From Diplonema japonicum (lineage: Eukaryota; Protista; Euglenozoa: Diplonemea), in NCBI GenBank assembly GCA_964019335.1, contig OZ025676.1, positions 186,001 through 250,000 on the forward strand: a stretch of 64,000 nt of DNA, written 5' to 3'. The notes beneath the pieces are model-generated. The model was not told the origin of the DNA. It saw only the letters and a list, made by a program, of their open reading frames with translations, and did no database searches. The position numbers and the translations under genes are program-made. Of the stretch, positions 20,601 to 31,025 are shown one piece after another; position 1 is the first letter of the stretch; every line of letters starts with the position of its first letter.

Positions 20601-23560
20601 ATCACCTGTTAACATTTCGTTGGGGTCATCGCACGTCTGCCCTGCGGGACACGCGCTGTTCCCGACGCACTCATCGACAGGGCACACAGCAGCCTTCGCG
20701 ACTCCAAAAACAGCATTATCACTGTCGCACAGACACCGCCAGTCTCCTGCCACGAGGGTGTTCGGATCGTTACAGGTCTGCCCCGTCGGGCACACGCTGT
20801 TCCCAACGCATTCATTCTCTGTGTTGCGGTGTGTGTTGTGCACTATATATACCTGCGCAGGTTGCAGGCCCTGCCTTTGCCCGTGGTCCATTTGTGCACA
20901 CGCAGTACCAGTCGCCAGTAGACGCAGGTGCTTTGTTAGTGTCGACGCAGGTCTGGCCGGCCGCACATGTGCCAGCGTTGGCGTCACATTCATCAATCAC
21001 TGTGTCGATGTTGGGTAAGCGGGCGGTTCAGCATACCACATGTCGCAACTCCAGAAGTTTTCTCGCCTTTCTGCCCAACGGGGCAGACGCATTTGTAATT
21101 GACCCCGTTATTAGTACAGGTTTGACCAAATGCTGCGCACAAGTTGCCGGAACCTGTGTTCGCGCAGTTCGTGCACGTGCCGGCACAAGGGTCGAGTGCT
21201 GTGTTGTGTTAAATGCAAAAGAGGGCATACTGCAAGTTGCCGCCATGGCCGTAACCGGCGCACCAGCATACAGTGGTGTCACGCACTTGCATTGCCAGTC
21301 GTTGGGATTCGCTGCATTAGCGTCTTCGCAATATTGGTTGGCAGTGCAAGTTGCTTTGTTTGCGGTGCATTCGTCACCAGCAGGCCACGCTGTATAAATA
21401 TGAGGGCTATGAACTTTGTGCATACTACAGGCGGCAACAATTGCTAGATTCTGTGTCTGTGCGATATCGTGAGGGCACCTGCACTGCCAATCGCCAGTGT
21501 TTGTCTTGTCAGGGTCGAAGCATTCCTGTGATGCGGCTTGGCAGGTTGCTTGGTTAACATTGCATTCGTCGGTGACTGCGTTGGTTTACATTTGTGTATG
21601 ACTACATACTGCAAGTTGCCGCTTTCCCCACAGCCGTCCCTGATGCTGGTGCGTTACACTGGCAAAACCAGTCGCCAGTGCTTGTCTCCGCTGTGTTGGG
21701 GTCAACACAAGTCTGGCCAGCGCCACATAATCCTGCTGCACAGGTCGGGCAGACAGCCGTGCACTCATCAAGCGTGCATGTCGCGACTGACGCAACACCG
21801 CCTGTCTTCGTTGACGCAGCGTTCAGGCAATTGCACAACCAGTCACTGGCAGTGCTGACGCTCGGGTCGCTGCAAGACTGCTTTGCACCAGCGCAGAAGC
21901 TACCGTATTTGGTACATTCAGAGGCAGCAGGTGCAACACAGGTGGCAACCGCACCCACTACAGCAGCACCTGTGGAGTCACCTGCACAGACGCAGGACCA
22001 GTCGCCAGTAGTGGTGCTAGTAGCATCAGTACATGTTTGGCCCACGTCGAAGCAGGTGTGAGGACCCCCTACGGTTTTGCGCGCGCAGGTGGGGCACACA
22101 GCTGTGCACTCATTGACGGTACACATCCAGTCACCTAAGCTAGTCATGGCGGTGTTAGGGTCGGTGCAAGTAAATGGCGCGATGCACGAGTTCACGGTGC
22201 ACTCGTCAAAGACACACGTAGTGGTGCCTGTTGTGGGTGCGACACAGCCGCAAGTGGCGGTACCTCCAACATCAGTGCATGACTTCATAGTCGTGAAGCA
22301 TGTTGCAGCTGCGCAAACACCTGTACCCCCGCATGTCGCAGGCCGCCCTACCACCGCAGCACCCGCTGAGAGACCATCGCACGTACACGACCAGTCACCC
22401 AATGCGGTCAATGCCGTCGACACCTCCGTGCAGGCCTGGCCGTACTTTTGGCACGTCAACCCAGCACAGGTAGGGCAGTCCGCAGTGCACTCATTCAAGA
22501 TACAAGCTGCGGGGGCACCGACATTGAACGTCCCTGTGGCAGGTTCGAGGCACATACATCCCCATGTGGTAGTCTGTGTGGGAGTAGGGTCGTAGCAGAA
22601 CTGACCCTTGCCGCACGTCGCCCAGTTAGTATTACATCCAGATGCTGTCGGTCCTGGATATGTGCACACTGCAGGAGCTTGGAGACCACCACTGGTCTTC
22701 GTGGCACCCATAGGGCAGTCACACCGCCAGTCACCTAAAACTGTCTTTGATGGGTCCACACAGACCTGGCCCTTTAGAGCACACACATTGTCGCCGCCCT
22801 GCGTGGCGCACGTGGGGCAAGCGGACGCACACTCGTCGATTTCGCACGTGGTCACCGCCGCTGCAGTGGCCATGCCGGAGGCAGGGCCGACACACACGCA
22901 CCTCCAGTCGTTTGCTGTTGCTGCAAGGGTAAGATCCTCGCAGCCCTGACCGGAGCCGGTGCAGGTGGCAGCGTTGGCCGTGCACTCCGAACCTGCTGCA
23001 TAGGTGCACGGTGGATTCCCACCGGCGGGGCATGTACAAGCGAAGTCACCTGCGGTGTTCGTTTTGTCGGGGTCGGTGCAGACTTGGCCGAGCCTGTTGC
23101 AGCTGTTCCCGTTGCCATCACCCTTGTCGGAGCATGACTGGCACACTGCACCGCACTCGTCAAGGGACTGTGCAGGCGCCACAGCATTGTCATTATTATC
23201 ACAATAGTAAGGAGGGATGCACCTGCACTGGAAATCCGTAGCTATTCCGCCATCTTTTGCGATGCACGCTTGATTTGCTGCAGTACACGTTGCGGCATTG
23301 GCATTGCAAACAGCTACCCTCGTGCACCCCGTGGCCGCTGCAGCCACACCGACCTTGACTGTAGCATCAGTGTACCCCAGCCAAGACTCGCACCTGCATG
23401 TCCAATCGTTCGCGTTGTTGGGGTTTGGGTCCACGCACAGCTGGCCCGCAGCCCTGCAGGTGTTTAGATTGACGTCCGTTGCGCACTCATCAGCAGCAGA
23501 GGCGCCCTTTAATGCCAACGCGGCTAGCGTTGCCACCAGAATTCGATGGCTTCGTGGCAT
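17633..23560 (-). CDS. Type I membrane protein, 1879 aa: signal peptide, about 20 or more EGF-like Cys-rich modules, TM, cytoplasmic RCC1-repeat propeller; 9 exons
   Basis: join(23560..21610, 21575..21426, 21389..21231, 21198..21037, 20999..20853, 20818..20203, 20162..20077, 20037..19976, 19939..17633) = 5640 nt, open frame. Module pattern (D/N)EC...C...GQxCxDP...DWxCxC...C. TM LPWWVWLLLALCIILCILLCILLWWF. RCC1 repeats GxNxxGQLGLG and ACGxxHT. Confidence 0.9.
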
Positions 23561-23874
23561 TTCTTTTTCTTTTTTTGCCCTACAGGTTTGTCGGGTGGTT
23601 GGTAGGAAAATTAGAAATAAATAAAGATTACCATCTTTTGTAAACTTTTTTTCTCTCTCTCAACAAAGGGAATCGACACCTGTAAAAGTGCAGTCCCTTT
23701 GGCAGGAGGGGATAAAAAAAAAAAAGTTCACTAAGATAAGAAACGAAAGTGCTAGGAACGGCCTCGTTTCAACTCGCTTGACCCCACCCGCCTTCTTGTC
23801 ATCTTGACATCTATCATGCAGCATTCAGCAAAATCGCCAGCTCGATCGCAGTGTGCAGGGGGGAAAGAAAAAAG

Positions 23875-26800
23875 CTAGACCTTATGCTGGAGCGCGTGAG
23901 AATATTTAAGCAGTACCTCTTGAAGCTGTTCTATCCGCAGCGGCTTCGAAAGATAGTCGTTCATACCAGAACTGAGACACATATCTCGAGTGTTGGGGAG
24001 AACGTCGGCTGTAAGGGCAATGATGGTGACTGGGGGACGGAAGCCAGATAACCCACGTTCTTTTTCAAGGCGGCGAATCTCTGCTGTCGCGCTATAACCG
24101 TCAAGTACTGGCATGTGGCAGTCCATGAAGATCAAAGGGTGGTGCTTCCTCTTCAAGGCGTCTATCGCTTCGCGTCCATTGTCGCAAAGAGTCGGCATAA
24201 TGTTGAATTTCTTCAACTGTTTGGTGATCAACAGCTGGTTTGTCCTGTTGTCCTCTGCCACCAAAACAGCACCGCTACAAGGGCTGTCAAACAAGGCTTC
24301 GATAGAACTGCAGCGCTCTGTCTTCCTCTTATACGTTTCCCCCATCATCGACATCACCATTTCAGAAAGAATGCTCAGCCGCAACGGCTGCAACAACACG
24401 TAGTTAAAATGTTTCGAAATCATCGATGGTCTCATTAAACACAAGCAGACTTTGTTTTTGTTCTCCGTCACCCATGCCAGGCTTGCAGGGTGCTCTGTAA
24501 GAAACTTATCGTCGATGAAAAAAATATCGATTGCCTGTATTTCAGTCACAGCTTTGAAGTCATCCAACACCACCACCTCGGCACCGAAGGAGCTGCATAG
24601 TTTTTGCAGAACACTATTGTCGGCGAGAGCCATTCCTATGCGTGGGGTTCCTTTGAAACGGTGGTTCTCGGCGATGGTCGATTGGTTTTCCACACTGAAA
24701 AACCTGCATGTGAACCAAAACTCGCTTCCTTTCCCCTTCTTGCTTATTACACCCACGGTGCCTTCCATTAATGTTACCAGTTTCTTGCATATGGACAGGC
24801 CCAGCCCCGACCCACCGTACTGCCTGGTGGTGCCCGTGTCCTCCTGTTCGAATGGGTTGAACAACGCTGAGATTTTGTTCTTCGCGATGCCAATTCCTGT
24901 GTCTGCTACCTTCACTTTGAAGACGACTATCCCATCTTGGACAGGTTCTGCGTCGACTTGCAGTGTGATGTTCTCTCCTTGTGGTGTGAACTTCACGGCG
25001 TTTCCCAGTAAATTAACAACCACCTGTCGCAGTCGGTATGCGTCGCCCTCCACAGCCAAGGGGAGGTGCGGCGAGATGTCCAGCGTCAGGGCGAGCCCCT
25101 TGTCGTGGGCTTCGAAACGGAAGACGTTGATGGCATCCTCAAACACCACAGCCGTCCTGAAGGGGATGCGCTCGAGGATCAGCTTGCCAGCATCGATCTT
25201 CCCGATGTCAAGAATATCATTGATGATACACATGAGCGCGTCCGCACAGTTCTGTATGGTGCGTGTTACTTCCAGCTGCTCTTCTGTGAGGTTTGTCGAC
25301 ATCAAGATCTCCGCCATTCCTATGACACCGGACATTGGTGTCCGTATCTCATGTGACATTGCCATTAGAAAGTTCGATTTCGCCTCTGCAGCTTGCTGTG
25401 CCTCCTCTTTCAGTTTCATGAGCATTTTGTTCTGCTCGCGGACGAGCTTCCCTTCCTTTTGCTCCTCGAATAGTAGGTGGTTGTTGATGCTCATCCCGAC
25501 GAATGACGAGAATGACGACGCTGCCTGTTCGTCCTCAGTGTCAAAGTGCGTCGAATCTTTCTTATTGATAAACTGCATCACACCGAGGTTCCTGCGGTTG
25601 TACACAGAACGCGAGAAGATCGGTACGCAAAGACAACTCTCCGTCACGAAGCCTGTCCGCTTGTCGAACGCACCGTTGAACAAGTGCGACGACTGCACGT
25701 CGCTTATGTTCAAAATCTCACCCGTTTCGGCCGTGTGTCCTGCTAGGCCGACACCTACCGGGACCCTGATGATGTTCCCCACGTCATTAAGGGTCTCAGC
25801 CGTCTCACTGTCGATCAAGATGGACCACAGCTCGTTCTTCTCATGGTCGGTGAGGAAGATTGTGGCGCGTTCCACCTTTAGAACGAGCCGTGCTTTGGAC
25901 ATGATCCTGCACATCATCTGGTCCATGTCCAGCTGCACGTCGGTAATGTCCCTCGACAGCTCCAAGAAGATGCTTGTCTTGAACGCCTCGTCCGCCAGCT
26001 TGTTGTACATCTGTATCGTGGTTGCGTGTATCCCGACCTGCTTACCGATCAGTTCCATGATGATCCCGTCTTGTTTGCAGAAGAAGCCTTTCTGTTTGTT
26101 CGATGCGACGACGACCGACACCACGCAGTCCTTTCCAAGGATTGGAACCACCAGAACGTCTCGCGGCATTGTGGCCTTGCTGAACATGTCCCTGAACCTC
26201 GCGTCATTCTTCACATCATTGATGTAATGTGTTTTCTCCGTTTCCACGGCGAAGCCAGCAAGCGTCCCTGCCATAGGGATCCTCATCTCGCTGTTGTTCT
26301 CCGTCTGCATGTAGAGTCTCTTGTTGGCATGGTCGACGAGGTACAGCTCGCTCCTCTCGCACCCTACCAGATCGCACACGCACGAGAGCGCTATCTGCTG
26401 CGAGTGGAACAGGTCTGCCTCGTCATTGAGGCTGTTGAACAGAGCGATGATCTTTTGAAGTGTTGGTTTCCTGATGCTTTCAAAGCACGACCCCGGGTCG
26501 ACCTCTGCCTGTCGGAACCTTCCCGACACGCACATAGACCGCCTCTTCACAAGCAAAGCTTCTGAGTAAACCTTCGGCGATAAGCTCGTCATGTCACCTT
26601 CTGATGATTTCTCAGGCACCACACTACTGGGCTGCTGGCCACCTTGTGGAATGAAGAAAACCGAAGTGGCGTCCTTGTCCGTAAGGCGCTGCACCCCTGC
26701 TGGGAAGGAGACGTATGAGAAGTGCGATGTTGAAGAGTCGCTGCTGGCCGCCAGGGACACAGTGCTAGTGACTCTCTCGATGTGGATGGGCGATACCCCC

Positions 26801-27432
26801 AGGCCAGTCTCTGTCAGACCCGGCTCGTACAGCTCAACATGCGACGCACGCTGCTCCAGCGGACTATACGCAAGGTACATGGCATACATGTGGGCAACAG
26901 TCAGGTGTCCCATGCATGGGACCCAGTCCCCGATTGCGAACCTGTCATCGCTTACGAGAAACACCCCCGTGCACACGAACACAGAACCCAAGCATCCGAC
27001 CACCAAGGACACTGACTTATACGAAGGCAACGTGGCAGTCAAGGGGAACAGCACACCGGCAGCCTGCGAGGGTCTGTCATAAAGGAGAAATGAGAACACA
27101 GCCACGCACGTGTAAAGCAGGAAACACACTGCCTGTGAGCTGGCCAGGCGGATGGGGTATGCCAAGACTATGCACAACAGGCACATGGCAAGGGGGAGGA
27201 AGTGGAAGGCCGCAGATGTGTTCGTTTCGCGGTAGATGGAAAGCAGGAGCGTGATGAACTCCACCACAGTGCACGCCGCAAGCACGTATAATAAACGGGC
27301 ACGGCCACAACTAGTCGGTGCGGTGCATGGTTTGGCAGCGTCCTTGGTGTCCGTAGCTCCCTCGATGTCCTCGCACACGGCATTGTCGGGGATGGCTTCC
27401 TTGGTGTCTTCATCCCAAGCAATGGCCGGCAT
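23875..27432 (-). CDS. Hybrid sensor histidine kinase: multi-TM, tandem GAF, HisKA, HATPase, receiver
   Basis: Several N-terminal hydrophobic helices. Two GAF-like domains with NKQKGFFCKQD and NKKDSTHFDTEDE. H box SHEIRTPM, N box NLLGNAVKFT, G1 DTGIGI, G2 GGSGLGL. Receiver VAEDN...MDCHMP...LTA...KP. Confidence 0.95.
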   Translation of the reverse strand: MPAIAWDEDTKEAIPDNAVCEDIEGATDTKDAAKPCTAPTSCGRARLLYVLAACTVVEFITLLLSIYRETNTSAAFHFLPLAMCLLCIVLAYPIRLASSQAVCFLLYTCVAVFSFLLYDRPSQAAGVLFPLTATLPSYKSVSLVVGCLGSVFVCTGVFLVSDDRFAIGDWVPCMGHLTVAHMYAMYLAYSPLEQRASHVELYEPGLTETGLGVSPIHIERVTSTVSLAASSDSSTSHFSYVSFPAGVQRLTDKDATSVFFIPQGGQQPSSVVPEKSSEGDMTSLSPKVYSEALLVKRRSMCVSGRFRQAEVDPGSCFESIRKPTLQKIIALFNSLNDEADLFHSQQIALSCVCDLVGCERSELYLVDHANKRLYMQTENNSEMRIPMAGTLAGFAVETEKTHYINDVKNDARFRDMFSKATMPRDVLVVPILGKDCVVSVVVASNKQKGFFCKQDGIIMELIGKQVGIHATTIQMYNKLADEAFKTSIFLELSRDITDVQLDMDQMMCRIMSKARLVLKVERATIFLTDHEKNELWSILIDSETAETLNDVGNIIRVPVGVGLAGHTAETGEILNISDVQSSHLFNGAFDKRTGFVTESCLCVPIFSRSVYNRRNLGVMQFINKKDSTHFDTEDEQAASSFSSFVGMSINNHLLFEEQKEGKLVREQNKMLMKLKEEAQQAAEAKSNFLMAMSHEIRTPMSGVIGMAEILMSTNLTEEQLEVTRTIQNCADALMCIINDILDIGKIDAGKLILERIPFRTAVVFEDAINVFRFEAHDKGLALTLDISPHLPLAVEGDAYRLRQVVVNLLGNAVKFTPQGENITLQVDAEPVQDGIVVFKVKVADTGIGIAKNKISALFNPFEQEDTGTTRQYGGSGLGLSICKKLVTLMEGTVGVISKKGKGSEFWFTCRFFSVENQSTIAENHRFKGTPRIGMALADNSVLQKLCSSFGAEVVVLDDFKAVTEIQAIDIFFIDDKFLTEHPASLAWVTENKNKVCLCLMRPSMISKHFNYVLLQPLRLSILSEMVMSMMGETYKRKTERCSSIEALFDSPCSGAVLVAEDNRTNQLLITKQLKKFNIMPTLCDNGREAIDALKRKHHPLIFMDCHMPVLDGYSATAEIRRLEKERGLSGFRPPVTIIALTADVLPNTRDMCLSSGMNDYLSKPLRIEQLQEVLLKYSHALQHKV

Positions 27433-27465
27433 GTTACCCTGTTATGCGTTAAGGCGGGACGGGGT

Positions 27466-28554
27466 TCAGAGGGGGTCAGAGTATGCAAATTGCAACCCGA
27501 TGGGGGTACCGGTGGGGGTACCAGGGACCAACAGATCAGTAATGTAGGAGGGCACTTTTATGTTTGCAGAATGCAGCATGTCACACGCTGTCACGGCTTT
27601 ACCACGCTCGCCATGCTGGAGGTAGGTGTTGATGAGGGCTGCTGTCACAGGGAGGTTAGGGAAGGGAACGCAACGGACAGCGGCCTCCTCGGCCGCAGAG
27701 AGCAGGTCGGGGTTGCCCGGGCTACACCCAACAGCCTTGACAAACTCCCGTGTGAGGTGGATATTGCTTCGTTGCAGATCTGTAGCGTTCAAGTACACGT
27801 CAAGCGCTTTCTCTATTTCACCAGCTTTGCGGTACACAGAAGCACGCAGGGACAACGTCACAATATTGGGTAGAATGCCTTCCTCATGCATCATTCTAGT
27901 CACCTTGTCGAGGCCGTCAAGATCTTCCTGCCCACCGTTCATGCACGCTGCTAGGAGGTTGTTGAAGGAGATGAGATCGGGCTCGTGTTGGTGCCGATGA
28001 CATTCAGTTTGAAGGAAGCGCAGCGCAGGGGTGATGGAATCAAAGGATCGCAGTGCTGTGTTGATGAGATAGAGGGGAAGCGACAGGAGAGTGTTTGAGG
28101 CGTCGGTATAAGCTTCTATAGCACCAGCATGGTCCTTTGCGTTGGTGTGCGACAGGATGAGGTAGTGGTAGGTTTTGGAGTTCTTGTATTCGTTGTTCCG
28201 CCCGGGGTTGCTGGCGGTGAGCTTTTTGCAGTTTTCAAAACATTTTTTGGTGTTTAGTACGTCGCCGTCCAGTGCGTATGCCCCCATGACAGCAGTTTGT
28301 GAAAACACGTCGTGGTGCTTGATGCTCTTTGCCACAAGTAGTGCTTCTCTTACTCTGCCCCATCCTACCAATATGCCGATGGCGCTGCTGTAGGTTTTTA
28401 TGTTGCAGCCTTCTGTTCTGCATAGTTCTCCGAGTATTTTGGTTGCGTTGGCCTTGTTCGAGGCTAGACTCCTCGTCCATCCAGCGTCGCCCCTCCTCAA
28501 GGTACTGGCCCATCTCCTTTTCAACTCGTTTGCTATTTCCCTGTCGGTTTTCAT
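27466..28554 (-). CDS. Pentatricopeptide repeat (PPR) protein
   Basis: About 35-aa helical repeats: NIKTYSSAI, DVFSQTAVMGAYA, PDLISFNNLLAAC, MMHEEGILPNIVT, ALINTYLQHG. Confidence 0.85.
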   Translation of the reverse strand: MKTDREIANELKRRWASTLRRGDAGWTRSLASNKANATKILGELCRTEGCNIKTYSSAIGILVGWGRVREALLVAKSIKHHDVFSQTAVMGAYALDGDVLNTKKCFENCKKLTASNPGRNNEYKNSKTYHYLILSHTNAKDHAGAIEAYTDASNTLLSLPLYLINTALRSFDSITPALRFLQTECHRHQHEPDLISFNNLLAACMNGGQEDLDGLDKVTRMMHEEGILPNIVTLSLRASVYRKAGEIEKALDVYLNATDLQRSNIHLTREFVKAVGCSPGNPDLLSAAEEAAVRCVPFPNLPVTAALINTYLQHGERGKAVTACDMLHSANIKVPSYITDLLVPGTPTGTPIGLQFAYSDPL

Positions 28555-29600
28555 CCCGACCCCCCCCCCCCCCCTATTTTCCCCCTCTTTTCCTGATGAT
28601 ATTTAAATGTTTGAGCAGTTCCATTATTATCTAGAGAAATATATATAATCCAAATTTTTTTTTTGGTTTTTTTTTTTTTTTTTTTTTTTTTTGGAAATGT
28701 GGGGGAGGGGGGGGGAGAGAATAGGGAGGTGAGGGAACAAAAAAAAATAAGAGAGGACAATTTGGGGGAAGGGGACAGAGGTAAGGGGGGAGTGGACAAG
28801 CAGGAGTGGGTTATGGTTTTTTTTCTTCTTTTTTTTCTTTCTTTTTTTTTTTAGATTGCCCTTGGAGGAAGAAGAAGAAATGAAAAGGAAAGGAAAAACA
28901 AAAGGAAATAGGGGGGGGGGGGGGAGAATAAGGGATATGTTTTGTTAATTTTTTTTCTTTGCAGAGAAGGCTAATAAAGAGCCTTCCTAGCAAAAAAAAG
29001 GGAGGTGTTTGCGCGTTTCAATTTGTTTTCCCCTTTTTCATTTCTCTTCTTTTTTCCAAGGCAAAAAAAAAAGAAGGAGCATCTAAAAAGAGGGGGGGTG
29101 CTCCTTCAAGGGGCTTCTCCTCAAAAGAAAAAGTAATAATAAAAACTTTTTCTTCAGTTCTTTCTCAATTTAAGACACTCTCTTGCTTCTATGTGTCTAG
29201 TACTTTTAAGGTATTTGAACTTTTTCTTTTCTTATTTTCATTATTTCTTTTCTTTTTTTTTTTCGTTCTCTCTTAACCGTACTCTGCTCTATTTCTTTCG
29301 AAACTCTGTACTTTTTTTTCCCCTCTTTTCCTTTTTTTTTTTTACTGTCATTTTTGTCCCCGGTCTCTTTTCTCTTTTCTTAGGCAAAAAAAAGAGTGGG
29401 AACACAAAAGAGAACAATAAAAAAAAAAAAGAAACCACAGAAAGACAAAGGGGGAGCAACTAAGCCTCTTCATTGCCTGGCTTCCCCCAATTGCCCCCAC
29501 CCCCTATATTTCAAAGGGCCCACGGACATAAAACAAAAGGTGGCTGGGCGATGGGTCAATAAAAGTCTTCTTTTTTAAATTGGGGCATAGGGAAGGGAAC

Positions 29601-29638
<38 letters not shown>

Positions 29639-29901
29639 AACACTGAAAAAAAGGATTTTGGAGGATAAAAAAAAAAAGAAACAAAGAAAAAAAAAAAAGA
29701 AAGCCTCTTTTTTAACGAAAAAGAGGAAGACTTTCTTTTTTTTTTCCCTTCTTTTTTTTTCTGGTGCTGCTGGTGGGGGGGCAAGGTGGGGGGGGATTTT
29801 TTTTATTTTCTTTTTTTTACAACTTTTTTTTTCATGAAAAGGTGGTGGGTGGGTGGTGGGGTAGGACATGAGAAGGAAAAAAAAACTTTTTTTTTTCAAT
29901 C

Positions 29902-30171
29902 TCATCCACTCTTAAATAGTAGAATGGCAACTTGACCAAGATAGAAGTATATAAAATGCTTGGTCTCGTGAGTCACATAAGAACCAAAGTTCCTTCCCAC
30001 GATGCAGTGCCATGTGGGGTTGTACCTCTTGTCGAACTCCTTCTTGATGAACGCCGCAATATCCTTCTCGATGTTGAACTTCTCAAGCGCCTGGGTGGCA
30101 CACTCGATGGCGTCGCTCTGCATGTCCTCAGACATGTCTGCGTTCTTGATAACTGCCTTGCGCTCAGTCAT
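29902..30171 (-). CDS. DYNLL: Dynein light chain LC8, copy 1
   Basis: 89 aa, canonical LC8 sequence (KAVIKNADM...[14 protein letters not shown]...[16 protein letters not shown]...LFKSG). Confidence 0.98.
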   Translation of the reverse strand: MTERKAVIKNADMSEDMQSDAIECATQALEKFNIEKDIAAFIKKEFDKRYNPTWHCIVGRNFGSYVTHETKHFIYFYLGQVAILLFKSG

Positions 30172-30819
30172 TTTAGATTTTTTTTTTTTTTTTAAAAAGA
30201 GAGTATCAACGAGACAGGAAACCTTGTTTGATTGTGTGTGTTTTTGGAGAAGAAAAAAAAAAAGAAAAAAAAAAACTATTAAGTAGGGAAGGGGAAGGGG
30301 ATATCATGGGGAAAGAAGAGGGGGGGGAATCACAAAAGAGAAAAAAAAATGCCAAAAAAAAAAAGAAGTAAGAAATATAAAAAAAGAAGAAGAAGAAAAG
30401 AAAAAAAGATAAAAAGAAAGCCCCCCTATGTCCCCTTCTCCAATTTTTCTCTCTTATTTTTTTCTCCCCCCGCCCCTCGCACTCTTTTCCATTTTTTTCC
30501 CGTCCTTGCTACCCTTTTGCCCTCTTTTTTCACACTAAAAGATGAATAAAAAAGGGTCGAAAAACGACCCCCTCCCCCCTCTTGGGGAGGGACGCTTTAT
30601 GACCATCATAGTCAACAGTTGGGCGTAAAAAAAGAAATGCGCCACTTCTTGTCTATCTTGTCTCTCCTTTTTTTTTAAATTCTGAACTTTCATTTATACC
30701 ACACACAAATTTCTCAATGTGGGCTTCTCTCCCTCTTCCCCTCCCCCCCTCCCTTTTCTGGGCAAAATTTCCATGTAACGCAGATTTTAATGGTGCAAGG
30801 GTTCGAACAAGAAAACAAA

Positions 30820-31025
30820 AAACAAAAAAGAAGAATGACTTTGGTTGCTTATAAACCGCCTGGCGTACAAGCAACTGCAGGCACAGCCTACTTGATTACA
30901 GGGGGTGCTCCTCTGCCGAGCAGTAGCTTCTTCTGCGTTCCGCGCTGTGTCCTTAATGCGTGCGGTGTACAACTCAACCCTAGCCGGGGCGCCCCGGGTA
31001 ACCAAGATCACCCTGAGCATCTGCA
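30820..31025 (-). repeat. Short interspersed repeat, copy 2 (longer), with a TTC/T-rich tail
   Basis: Inverted homolog of 5362-5485 with about 90 extra internal bp. Lies between the two LC8 genes. Confidence 0.8.

Noticed and set aside
19940-21609. Stop-codon reassignment or programmed frameshifting to explain the split ORFs
   Set aside because: Canonical GT-AG introns account for every break, and TAA, TAG and TGA all act as terminators in this window.
23171-23210. AT-rich stretch ending GCACAG in EGF exon 1, as a possible non-canonical intron
   Set aside because: The frame stays open through it (YYCDNNDNAVAPAQ), it supplies a Cys that could close the module, and there is no donor; coding is the simpler reading.
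24452-26227. Long plus-strand ORFs (591 aa here; others opposite RCC1, RT and VPS13)
   Set aside because: Antisense shadows of real minus-strand genes caused by codon bias; no motifs.
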